Shown: positions 17,163-26,079 of the stretch, piece by piece
How positions within the stretch are numbered: the first letter of the stretch is position 1
Layout of the letters: each line of letters begins with the position of its first letter
Source: Myxococcota bacterium
GTDB taxonomy: Bacteria > Myxococcota_A > UBA9042
Assembly (NCBI GenBank): GCA_049317445.1
Contig: JBMOIG010000002.1
Span: 2,635-66,634, forward strand
DNA: 64,000 nt
Direction of reading: 5' to 3'
Made by a program: the position numbers and the translations under genes
The notes under the pieces: model-generated
Databases searched by the model: none
What the model was told of the DNA's origin: nothing
The model's input: the letters and a program-made list of their open reading frames with translations, nothing else

Positions 17163-19649
17163 CTATTGTCCGATCAGCGTACGCAGCCAGATGTACCAGC
17201 CCAACCGGGCGAAGTACTTCTCACCACCGCTGGCGTCTCCCGTGACTGCGCTTGTTCCCATGTACGACTGCGTGCCGTAAGTCGCGCCCGTTGCGCTGAT
17301 GGCGGCGACGCCGAAACCGATCTTGGACGAACCCGGCTCGCACCCCTCATCGGTGGCGCCGTTGCAGGTGTCGTCGATGCCGTTGCAGAGCTCTGCAGAA
17401 CCCGGCAAGACGGCGCCCGTGCAGCTGCCGAACTTTCCGTCTGCCTGGCAGAACTTGACGCCGTCCTTGCACTTGCCCTTGCCCTGATTGGCCGGGTCGC
17501 CGGGGAAGCAGGCTGCCTTGACGTTCGTGTCGACCTTGTGGGCACACCCGTTGTCCTTCGCGCACGAGTCGATGGTGCAAGGGTTGCCGTCGTCGCAGTC
17601 CACGCCCTTGCCGGGCACGCAGGTGTACACCTTGGTGGCGGGGTCGGAACCGCAAGCGTCGCCGGTCGTGCAGGCGTTGCCGTCGTCGCAGGTCGCCGTG
17701 ATGCCTTCGAACACGCAGAGCGCAGACGTAGCGTCGCAGGAGTCCTTGGTGCATTCCTCGCTGTCGTCGCAGACCTTCTTGGCACCCGCGACACACGACC
17801 CGCCCGCGCAGATGTCGTTCACCGTGCAGGCGTCGCCATCTGCGTCACATGACGCGGTATTCGGCGTGAACTTGCAGCCGTTCTTCGGGTCGCAGGTGTC
17901 GTTGGTGCAACCGTTGCTGTCGTCGCACTTCTCAGCGGACCCCTTGGCGCAGATGCCGTTGGCGCAAGCGTCCTTGACGGTGCACACGTCGTTGTCGGCG
18001 TTGCACGCCGTGCCCGCCTCGGCCTGGCTGACGACGCACTTGCCGGTGGCGGTGTCGCACGCCACGCTCTGGCAGGCGGTGTTGAGCGACTCGTCGCACT
18101 TGACGATCGTGTTCTTGTTGACGTTGCAGACCCACTTCATCGGGTCAGCCTTGTCGCAGACCAGCGTTCCGTTGCAGAGATCCCCATCTTCCGCGGGTGC
18201 GCAGTCCGCATCCTTGGTGCATTGGCACTGATTCACGCCACCCTCGCACGTCCCGGCCTTGCACTTGTCGTTGGGGGTGCAGGGGTTGCCGTCTTCGCAG
18301 GCCGCGCCGTCAGCGCCGGCGACGTCGTGCACGCAGCCCTTGTCCGGCGAGCAGGTGTCGGCCGTGCAGGGGTCCTTGTCGTCGCACGCCTTGGCCACTT
18401 CCAAAGCCGCGCCGCTGCACTTGCCGGCGACGCAGGCGTCGTCGAGGGTGCAGGCGTTGCCGTCGTTGCAGACGCCGACGTCCAGAGGTGCGTGCTTGCA
18501 ACCCACCGTCGGGTCGCAGCTGTCGGCCGTGCAGTTGCTGAGGTCGTCGCAGTCCACGATCTCGCCGCCGCAGGTCGAGGTAGTAGCGTCGGAGGCCAAG
18601 CAGACGTCGGACACGGTGCAGGCGCTGGCGTCGTCGCAAGGGGTGCCGTCGGGGCGCGTGGCCTTGGTGCACTTGCCGGTCGCTTCGTCGCAGCCGCCGA
18701 TAAGGCACGCGTCGCCCGTCTCGCAGGCCTTGAGCGCGCCGGCCTGGCAAGTGCCGTCCTTGCACATGTCCCCGAGCGTGCACGCTTTTCCATCCGCGCA
18801 CTCGACCGTGTTGTTGGCGTACTGGCAGCCCTTGGTCGGGTCGCACGAGTCGTCGGTGCAGGGGTTCTTGTCGTCGCAGTCAAGCGCCTTGCCCGGCGCG
18901 CAGGTGCCGTCCTTGCACGCATCCTTGTCGGTGCAGGCACTGCCGTCGGCGTCGCACGCCGCCGTGTTGGCCTTGTTCTCGCAACCGGCGACGCCTGCGC
19001 ACTTGTCGTCGGTGCAAAGGTTCTGGTCGTCGCAAGACACGTCGTCGGTCTGGGCGTTGCAGTCGTTGTCGAGACCGTCGCAGATCTCAGCAGACGGCGC
19101 CTTTGCCGAGCACGCCGACAGGCCGCCCGCTTCGCACTTGCGGGTTCCCGTGCACTTGTTGACGCCCTTGTCATCGGCCACGAAGCACGTCGTGTCCCAA
19201 GCGCCCGCGGTGGCCGCAACGCTGCACGTGCAGAGGGCGCCGGCCTTGGGAACGCACTGCTTGACCGCCGCACCCGCCACGTCCTTGACGTCGCTGCAGC
19301 CGTAACCGTCGGCGCAGTCCGTGTCGACCGTACACTTCGCTCCGCAGAAGGCCCCATCCTTGCCGAAGTCGACGCAGACGGAGTCGGGCTTGGTCGTGCC
19401 CTGACACTGCTCATTGGCGGTGCAGGGGGCGCACAGCTCAGCGCGACCATCAGGTGCGACCGTGTCTTCGGTGACGGTATCGGGCAGGGCCACGTCTTCG
19501 GTGGTGTCGGTTGCATCGCCAACGACGGTGTCCGTGGCATCACCCTGCACGCTGCCACTGTCACCGCAGGCTGCAACACCGGTCGCGGCGAGGCCAATGG
19601 CGCACGCCGTGCCGATATGTCCCGCTAGCAGTTCTCGAAGGGTCTTCAT
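17163..19649 (-). CDS. Family-B cysteine-rich lipoprotein B1
   Basis: 828 aa; MKTLRELLAGHIGTACAIGLAATGVAACGD (lipobox VAAC). Same architecture and about 70-75% identity to B2. Ends GGEKYFARLGWYIWLRTLIGQ. Confidence 0.8.
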   Translation of the reverse strand: MKTLRELLAGHIGTACAIGLAATGVAACGDSGSVQGDATDTVVGDATDTTEDVALPDTVTEDTVAPDGRAELCAPCTANEQCQGTTKPDSVCVDFGKDGAFCGAKCTVDTDCADGYGCSDVKDVAGAAVKQCVPKAGALCTCSVAATAGAWDTTCFVADDKGVNKCTGTRKCEAGGLSACSAKAPSAEICDGLDNDCNAQTDDVSCDDQNLCTDDKCAGVAGCENKANTAACDADGSACTDKDACKDGTCAPGKALDCDDKNPCTDDSCDPTKGCQYANNTVECADGKACTLGDMCKDGTCQAGALKACETGDACLIGGCDEATGKCTKATRPDGTPCDDASACTVSDVCLASDATTSTCGGEIVDCDDLSNCTADSCDPTVGCKHAPLDVGVCNDGNACTLDDACVAGKCSGAALEVAKACDDKDPCTADTCSPDKGCVHDVAGADGAACEDGNPCTPNDKCKAGTCEGGVNQCQCTKDADCAPAEDGDLCNGTLVCDKADPMKWVCNVNKNTIVKCDESLNTACQSVACDTATGKCVVSQAEAGTACNADNDVCTVKDACANGICAKGSAEKCDDSNGCTNDTCDPKNGCKFTPNTASCDADGDACTVNDICAGGSCVAGAKKVCDDSEECTKDSCDATSALCVFEGITATCDDGNACTTGDACGSDPATKVYTCVPGKGVDCDDGNPCTIDSCAKDNGCAHKVDTNVKAACFPGDPANQGKGKCKDGVKFCQADGKFGSCTGAVLPGSAELCNGIDDTCNGATDEGCEPGSSKIGFGVAAISATGATYGTQSYMGTSAVTGDASGGEKYFARLGWYIWLRTLIGQ

Positions 19650-19716
19650 CTGACTCTCCCTGGTTCAGGGTCAGGTGGTCGAGGAGGTCCAGTCTACGCC
19701 AGTCGCGCTACCGGAC

Positions 19717-21756
19717 TTACTGCTCCCAACCGCCCGTCGCCGTGTCCAGATCGTCGACGAGTTCGAGACCATTCGGCATGTTGAGGCTGTCGTTGTAGAA
19801 GCCCAGCATGAGCGCGCGGGAGCCGCAGGATTCCGGGCCGGTACCTGCGATGAAGATGACCGTGCTGGTGCGGTTGGCGGGGATCGTCAACCCGGCGCTG
19901 GCTGTGCATCCCACGTAGCAGTCGCTGCCGGTCCAGACCGTATTGCCGTTGATCATCAAAGCCGAGCGCTCGCCCCAACCTTGGTACGAGGTGGCCACCC
20001 AGTACAGCGGCCAGTTGATGCCGCTGCCGGTCGTGTTCTTGACGCGGAATAGGGCACCTGCTCGCTTGGCCTCTGTGCTGCCAATCTGATTACCCTTGCG
20101 CCACATCTGCGCCGTGACCAACGTATTGAATTTCGCGTAACCCTTCTCGGAGAAGAGCGTAGCGAGCGACACCTTGGCGGAGGACATGTCGCTGGGATTC
20201 GGGTTGCTGTCGCACCAAGTAGACGGAGCCACACCACCGAACAACTCGCCGTCGTTGTTCATGAACCAGCCGCTACCATGGTCATAGCAGTCCCACACAG
20301 CAAAGCGGTACTTGGCCTTGGGCAAGCCGAGGATGCTGCCGCCGACGGTGATGGAACCGGCGACCGTGGCGTTGCCGACGACCGTGGCGGAGCCGCTGAC
20401 GCCGACTTTGTTCCCGGAGATCACTTGGAAGTTGAGCGACCACGCCGTGACCTTGCCGTCGATGTTGCCGTCGAGCTTGCCGCTATCGACGACCTTCAAG
20501 TACCACTTGCCCTTGGGGTTCTTGCCGATCCAGGTGGTCAGGTCGCCGCTGGCCGGACTGGTCGGGTCAGGGTAGGAGGTCTTCAGCGTGGTGCCAAAGC
20601 TGCTCTTGTTGTACAGGACGTACGCGGCGCCGGCCGGGTCGTAGAGCGTCACTTGAATCTTGGCGAGGTCGGAGTTCAAGAGGTTGATCGACACGGTGAA
20701 GGTCTGGACGATGCCGATGTCGCCAACTTCGACGGTGTCGGTCGCACCAACCGGGGTGTTGTCCGGGATCGGCAGGTTCGGGGTGCCCGAGATCTTCTCA
20801 GCGAAGACGTTGGTCAGCAGGTTGTTCGAGACCTCGTCGAGGCCATCCTTGGGCAGGTTTGCCGCAAGCACGCTGGTGATGTTCGTCTGAACGCAGTCGA
20901 GCGAACCGTCTTCCAGGAAGCCGGCCACGAGCAGGCCGGTGCCGCAGGACTGACCCACCTGAGCAACGGCGGGAGCACCGGCAAGGTCGTTGTACGAGTT
21001 GGTGGTCGCTACGGTCGCGAGGTCGGCCGCCTTGGCGTAGCCCGCCAGGTCCGGCACGCCGGTGAGGTCGGCGTAGGCACCGGAGACCGCAACCTTGGCG
21101 AGCGAGGCCGCCTTGGCGTAGATGGCGAGGTCCGGGGTGCCGGAGACGTCGGCGTAGGCGCCCGTCGTGGCAACCTTGGCAAGCCCAGCCGTCTTTGCGT
21201 ACGCCGTGAGGTCCGGTGCGCCCGTGACGTCCGCGTAGGCGCCCGACGTCGCGACCTTGGCCAGCGTGTCCGTCTTGGCGTACGGCGCCAGAACGTCTGC
21301 AGCCAAGTGGGTCGCCTTGAGGCACCCGGTGCAGCCCAGCGAGTCGCTGACCGAGGAACGCAGGGCGTACGGCACCGACGTCATGGGCAGCTTGGTGAAC
21401 TCAGGGTCGGTGCCGACCTGAATCGCCAAGTACGGCGACGTCAGCTTCGCCAGCGTGTCGGCGCTGAGCGACGCCTTGGTGCCGAGCGTGTACTGGAAGA
21501 CGCCATTCTTGACAGTGACGCCAGTGGGGCCTTCCACGTAGGCGGCGCTGCTGCCGATGGCCGACGGGTAGATGCTGAACGTCATCTGGTAAGCGCCATC
21601 TGAAATCGGCCCGCCGCCAACTGCGTACAGTCCGCCGTGCACGTCGATGAGCTTGGGCACGGCTGCGAAGGCCACGCCGGGAAGCGCAAGCAGCAAGGCG
21701 AAGGCCATGCTGCGCACGACGCCGAGAGCCTTGGAACGATGGGTGAAGATCGTCAT
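19717..21756 (-). CDS. Family-A secreted protein A1 (promoter-proximal paralog with P-domain)
   Basis: ATG 21756 gives MTIFTHRSKALGVVRSMAFALLLALPGVAFA. Repeats AKVATSGAYADVTGAPDLTAYAKTAGL... P-domain AKIQVTLYDPAGAAYVLYNKSSFGTTLKTSYP...KGKWYLKVVDSGKLDGNIDGKVTAWSLNF. C-terminal ...LELVDDLDTATGGWEQ. Confidence 0.8.
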   Translation of the reverse strand: MTIFTHRSKALGVVRSMAFALLLALPGVAFAAVPKLIDVHGGLYAVGGGPISDGAYQMTFSIYPSAIGSSAAYVEGPTGVTVKNGVFQYTLGTKASLSADTLAKLTSPYLAIQVGTDPEFTKLPMTSVPYALRSSVSDSLGCTGCLKATHLAADVLAPYAKTDTLAKVATSGAYADVTGAPDLTAYAKTAGLAKVATTGAYADVSGTPDLAIYAKAASLAKVAVSGAYADLTGVPDLAGYAKAADLATVATTNSYNDLAGAPAVAQVGQSCGTGLLVAGFLEDGSLDCVQTNITSVLAANLPKDGLDEVSNNLLTNVFAEKISGTPNLPIPDNTPVGATDTVEVGDIGIVQTFTVSINLLNSDLAKIQVTLYDPAGAAYVLYNKSSFGTTLKTSYPDPTSPASGDLTTWIGKNPKGKWYLKVVDSGKLDGNIDGKVTAWSLNFQVISGNKVGVSGSATVVGNATVAGSITVGGSILGLPKAKYRFAVWDCYDHGSGWFMNNDGELFGGVAPSTWCDSNPNPSDMSSAKVSLATLFSEKGYAKFNTLVTAQMWRKGNQIGSTEAKRAGALFRVKNTTGSGINWPLYWVATSYQGWGERSALMINGNTVWTGSDCYVGCTASAGLTIPANRTSTVIFIAGTGPESCGSRALMLGFYNDSLNMPNGLELVDDLDTATGGWEQ

Positions 21757-22189
21757 GAGCAGTCCTCTTGTGCGGCGGGGTCGGTAGCCGTGGACGTTCG
21801 CAAGGCGAAGGTCCCAGTAGGGATGCGACGGCGGCGCGTTGGTGCGCAGAGCGGGCATCGAGGAGCCGAGCGCCGAACCGAGGTTCAGTGCCAAGTTGGG
21901 CCTTCTATCCTATCAGACGGCAAACGCAAGCACTCCACGATCCAGCGGCCCGTTGATGATTCGCTGGGAGAGACCGACGAAGGTGGCAGGCTGTGCCTAA
22001 GGCATTGAAAGAATGGCTGCACACCTCTTCTTCCTGATGGTCTGGAAGACTTCCGTTCCTTACCACTACACACATAGAGTCGGTCTCAGGTCCCCTCCGC
22101 GACGTCGGCGGGTGCCCTTGCGGATCCCGGGCGGCCAAGCGACGATGCCGTCCGGGCCCCTCCCCCACGGCCCTTTGGAGTGCAACCAC

Positions 22190-23464
22190 ATGACCCGCAA
22201 GCCAGAAGGTTTCCTGGGCGACCGGCCCCTGAAGCCCGAGTCGCTGATGATGAGCTACGGCTACGACCCCCACCGGTCGGAGGGAGCTCTGAAGTCCCCG
22301 ATCTTCCAGACTTCCACCTTCGTGTTTCGCACCGCGGAGGAGGGCAAGGCGTTCTTCGAGGTCGCCTACGGCCTGCGCGAAAAGGGGCCCCGCGAGGAGC
22401 TGGGGCTCATCTACAGCCGCCTGAACAACCCCGATCTGGAGATCCTGGAGGACCGGCTGACGCTGTGGGACGACGCGGAGGCGTGCGCCGTCTTCGAGAG
22501 CGGCATGGCGGCCTGCGCGACGACCCTGATGGAGTTCGCGCGACCCGGTGAGTTCATTGCCCACAGCACGCCAATCTACGGTGGGACCGACTACCTGTTG
22601 GGCCACGTGCTGCCGCGCTTTGGGATCACCGGCGTTCCGTTCCCGGCGGGTGGTGGCGCTGTGGCCATGGAAGCTGCGCTGGAGAAGGCCGGCGCCCAAG
22701 GCAAGCTGTCGGCCGTGTTTCTGGAGACGCCTGCCAACCCCACGAATGCTTTGGTGGATATCGCGGCGTGCTCTGAGGTCAGTCGGCGCTGGGCCGCACC
22801 GGGGCGACAGGTTCCCGTCATCGTGGACAACACGTTCCTGGGTCCGCTGTGGCAGCAGCCGCTCAAGCACGGCGCCGACCTGGTGCTGTACTCTGCGACG
22901 AAATTCCTTGGTGGTCACAGTGACTTGATTGCCGGAGCCTGTTTGGGGCGCAAGGAGTTGATCGACCGCGTCCGGACGCTGCGCACCTTCCTGGGCACCA
23001 TGTCGGGTCCGTGGACGGGGTGGCTGCTGATGCGCAGTCTGGAGACGTTGAAGGTCCGCATGACCTGCCAGATGAGGAATGCCCGGCAGATCGCGGACTT
23101 CTTGAACGATCATCCGAAGATCCAGCGCGTGCACTACCTGGGGCTGCTGAAGCAGGGCGACGCGCAGTTCGACCTGTATCGACGGCAGTGCCTGGGGCCG
23201 GGGTCGATCATCACGTTTGAGGTGCAGGGCGGCGAGTTGGAGGCCTTCCGGCTGCTGAACGCGCTGGAGCTCGTGACGCTGGCCGTCAGTCTGGGCGGCA
23301 CCGAGTCGTTGGCAGAGCACCCAGCCACGATGACGCACGCGGACGTGCTGCCCGCCACCCAGCGCGAGATGGGGATCACTTCGGCGATGGTGCGGTTGTC
23401 GGTCGGCGTCGAGCACGTCGACGACTTGATTGCAGATCTGACGCAAGCGCTCGAGAAAGTGTAA
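22190..23464 (+). CDS. Cys/Met-metabolism PLP-dependent enzyme (cystathionine gamma-synthase / methionine gamma-lyase family)
   Basis: [27 protein letters not shown]...[11 protein letters not shown]...[11 protein letters not shown]...[16 protein letters not shown] has the PLP-lysine motif. Start chosen at ATG 22190; the upstream in-frame extension from 22013 is probably leader. Confidence 0.8.
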   Translation: MTRKPEGFLGDRPLKPESLMMSYGYDPHRSEGALKSPIFQTSTFVFRTAEEGKAFFEVAYGLREKGPREELGLIYSRLNNPDLEILEDRLTLWDDAEACAVFESGMAACATTLMEFARPGEFIAHSTPIYGGTDYLLGHVLPRFGITGVPFPAGGGAVAMEAALEKAGAQGKLSAVFLETPANPTNALVDIAACSEVSRRWAAPGRQVPVIVDNTFLGPLWQQPLKHGADLVLYSATKFLGGHSDLIAGACLGRKELIDRVRTLRTFLGTMSGPWTGWLLMRSLETLKVRMTCQMRNARQIADFLNDHPKIQRVHYLGLLKQGDAQFDLYRRQCLGPGSIITFEVQGGELEAFRLLNALELVTLAVSLGGTESLAEHPATMTHADVLPATQREMGITSAMVRLSVGVEHVDDLIADLTQALEKV

Positions 23465-23482
23465 GCGACGTCAGGCTTTCCG

Positions 23483-23749
23483 TCACAACCCTTCGATCAA
23501 GACCGCTGAGTCGACCATCAAGTCGGCGACACCGGCGCGCACCGGATACAGCCGCTGGCCGTCGTCGCGCAGCAGCCCGAGGTCCATGTGTCGGTCGACA
23601 AGGCCGCCGCCAAGGTCATGGAGCTCGCGAAGGTCGACCTGGCGGTTCAGCTCCTGCACCAGCCGTGCCGGCGCCCAGCGCAGGGGGCTTCCGTCCTCCG
23701 GACAGGCCAACAGGGACAGAACGTCTGGGGTGAAGGGCTGGTCCATTGC
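23483..23749 (-). CDS. Trm112/YcaR (UPF0434) family small protein
   Basis: MDQPFTPDVLSLLACPEDGSPLRW... has the LLACP motif typical of Trm112-like zinc-ribbon proteins. Confidence 0.55.
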   Translation of the reverse strand, partial: AMDQPFTPDVLSLLACPEDGSPLRWAPARLVQELNRQVDLRELHDLGGGLVDRHMDLGLLRDDGQRLYPVRAGVADLMVDSAVLIEGL

Positions 23750-23765
23750 GGGCTCCTGACTCGAT

Positions 23766-24929
23766 TCACGCTTCGTCGCGAGGCAGGCGTCCTGCGGCCA
23801 GCCGGGCGAACACGGCGCGGGTCTCCAGCGCGGTGCGGTGCCAGCTGAGCTCAGAGGCGCGAACGAGCCCCCGACGCCGCAGATCGTCACGCAACTCCGC
23901 GTCTCCCGCCAGTTTTTCGATGCCGTCTGCGATCGCCTCGACCGACAGCGGATCCACGGCGACGGCCGCGCCCGCCGCGACCTCGTCCAGCGACGACCCG
24001 CGCGAGGTCAGCACCGGCGTCCCCAACGCCATCGCCTCGACCACGGGCAGGCCAAAGCCCTCGTACAGCGACGGGTAGCACAGGGCCAACGCCTCTGCGT
24101 AGAGGACCCGCAACGACGTGGCGTCGACGTAGCCCACCGAGTGGACCCGGTCACGCACAGGGGTCTCGCCCAACGCTGCGCGAATCGCGTCGTCGCGCCA
24201 GCCACGACCGCCTGCCACCACGAGGTGCAGGTCGGGAAAGCGCCCGGCGATCCGCTCGAACGCCTGGATCAGGCGCGGCAGGTTCTTGCGAGGCTCCAGT
24301 GTGCCGACCGCCAGCAGATAGCGCGGCGGCAGGTGCAGCTCGCCCCGGATGCGAGCGACGTCGGCCAGCGAGGGCGGCGGTCCGACCGGGTCGGCGGCGG
24401 CTAGCGGAGTGGCGACCACCCGACGCGGGTCGGCGGGCAGCAGGCGCAGCACGTCACGGCGGGTCGACTCGCTGGGCGTCAGGATCGCAGCGGCGTTGCG
24501 CACCAGCGTCGGCAGGGCCGCGCGCTGCAGTACGCGTTTCTTGAACGTGAACGTCTCCGGGTACAGGAACACCGCCAGGTCGTGCACCGTCAGCACGTAC
24601 GGACACGGTGGCAGCAGTGGCCCCAAGTAGTTGGGATAGAAGGCAAAGTCCGGCTTGAGCCGAAGTGCCTGCACGGGCAGCAGCGTCTGCATCCAGAGCG
24701 CGCGCACCGGGAAGCGCGGGCCGACGCGCGTGACTTGCAGGCCCTGAAGCTCGTCGTGGCCGACATTGGAGGCGGCGATCAGCTGGTCGCCGGTACCCAG
24801 ATCCAGCCACGCGCGCAAGACCCGCTCTGTATACAGTCCAACGCCGGTGCGACCCGGGACCCAGGTGGTGACATCGACGAGGATCCGCAGGGGGCGGTCG
24901 GCAGGGACGGCAGGGGGAGGTGTCGGCAT
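23766..24929 (-). CDS. Glycosyltransferase family 4 (GT-B, 'group 1')
   Basis: C-terminal EGFGLPVVEAMALGTPVLTS motif (E-x7-E GT4 signature) and N-terminal RILVDVTTW...GVGLYT typical of GT4. Confidence 0.8.
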   Translation of the reverse strand: MPTPPPAVPADRPLRILVDVTTWVPGRTGVGLYTERVLRAWLDLGTGDQLIAASNVGHDELQGLQVTRVGPRFPVRALWMQTLLPVQALRLKPDFAFYPNYLGPLLPPCPYVLTVHDLAVFLYPETFTFKKRVLQRAALPTLVRNAAAILTPSESTRRDVLRLLPADPRRVVATPLAAADPVGPPPSLADVARIRGELHLPPRYLLAVGTLEPRKNLPRLIQAFERIAGRFPDLHLVVAGGRGWRDDAIRAALGETPVRDRVHSVGYVDATSLRVLYAEALALCYPSLYEGFGLPVVEAMALGTPVLTSRGSSLDEVAAGAAVAVDPLSVEAIADGIEKLAGDAELRDDLRRRGLVRASELSWHRTALETRAVFARLAAGRLPRDEA

Positions 24930-26050
24930 CAGTTCGGCTCGCTGCGTGCGAAAGAGTCAGCAGAGACAGTGACTTGCAATGCTGATGCGGCTGTGGGTTC
25001 GGCCAGGAAGGCTGCGACGGGCGCGTAGACCTCTGCAGGGGCGTGCAAGCCAATAGCGAGGTCCCCATGACCGTAGTCGGCGCGGTGCCCGTGCTGCAAG
25101 CCTACGACCAGCAAGTGCTTCTCGGTGCCGACCGCGCGTCCCCAAGCGTCCGCTGCGGCGCCCACCGAAGACGGCGGAGCCAGCTGGTCCCCGGCCCCCG
25201 CGACGAACAGGGCAGGGACGCGCACATCCTGCAGACCGTCGAACAGCGGCGTTCCGCCGACGTCAATCGGACCACCGGCGCGGCTCCAGCGAACGAAGTC
25301 GGCGGCCACGGCGGCGGGAATGTCGCGGATCGCGTCCACGGCAGACAGCGCGGCCAGTCCGGGCGCAGCGTTGGCGAGGTTGACGGCCAAGCTGTCGTGG
25401 CGAGACCACCCCGCCGCAAACGCGAGCATCCGCATGGAAAACCGCAGCGGCACCGCGGGGATCCACGACGGTGGCAAGAGCCGATCCAGCCCCACCAGCG
25501 ACAACCGCTTGCCCAAGCCCGGCGAACCGATGAACGCCACGCGACGCACCGAGGTCTGGGGCACCGTGTGGCCGATCGACGCGTACATCAGCATCCCGCC
25601 CATCGAGAAGCCCACGTAGTCGAGGTGGGTGGCTCCGGTTCGTTCCAGCACTTGCGTGATGGCCAGCGGCACGTCGTAACGAACCATCGAGAGGAAGTTG
25701 CTGCGGCGTCGCTGGGCACGCGACAGGTCGGGCAGACCCGTGCGCAGCGTCAGGAGCCAGACCTCACGTCCTTGTCGGGAGAGGTGGCGGGCCAAGGACC
25801 AGTCGGGATGGGTGTCGAGGTTGCGGTGGTTGATGGCAACCCCGTGCACCAGCAGCACCGGTGGCAGCTCTGTCGCGGGCGTCGCGGCTGGATCCGTGGG
25901 GATCCTGCGGAGTTCAAAGGCACTCCCATCCGGCGTGGCAACGCGTTCTTCGGACGCGTAGACCATCGGCTGCGTCAGCCGCGCGGTCCAGAACCGCAGG
26001 TGCGCCCAACCGGCGACCACGAGCAGGGCCACCGCCCCCGCCCCCCACAT
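24929..26050 (-). CDS. Alpha/beta-hydrolase fold protein
   Basis: GFSMGG nucleophile elbow (GxSxG) and HGV...H region. Start uncertain (ORF is open to 26167 but would overlap the upstream GT by 88 nt). Confidence 0.6.
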   Translation of the reverse strand: MWGAGAVALLVVAGWAHLRFWTARLTQPMVYASEERVATPDGSAFELRRIPTDPAATPATELPPVLLVHGVAINHRNLDTHPDWSLARHLSRQGREVWLLTLRTGLPDLSRAQRRRSNFLSMVRYDVPLAITQVLERTGATHLDYVGFSMGGMLMYASIGHTVPQTSVRRVAFIGSPGLGKRLSLVGLDRLLPPSWIPAVPLRFSMRMLAFAAGWSRHDSLAVNLANAAPGLAALSAVDAIRDIPAAVAADFVRWSRAGGPIDVGGTPLFDGLQDVRVPALFVAGAGDQLAPPSSVGAAADAWGRAVGTEKHLLVVGLQHGHRADYGHGDLAIGLHAPAEVYAPVAAFLAEPTAASALQVTVSADSFARSEPN

Positions 26051-26079
26051 CAGCAGCGTCAGCGCGTCGCAGGGTGCGT

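Noticed and set aside
18222-19628. Plus-strand 468-aa ORF, minus-strand alternative frame 18233-19597 (454 aa, Thr/Ala/Pro/Arg-rich) and 18259-19305
   Set aside because: All overlap the B1 gene (17163-19649). Only that frame gives a lipoprotein signal and Cys-repeat architecture paralogous to B2.
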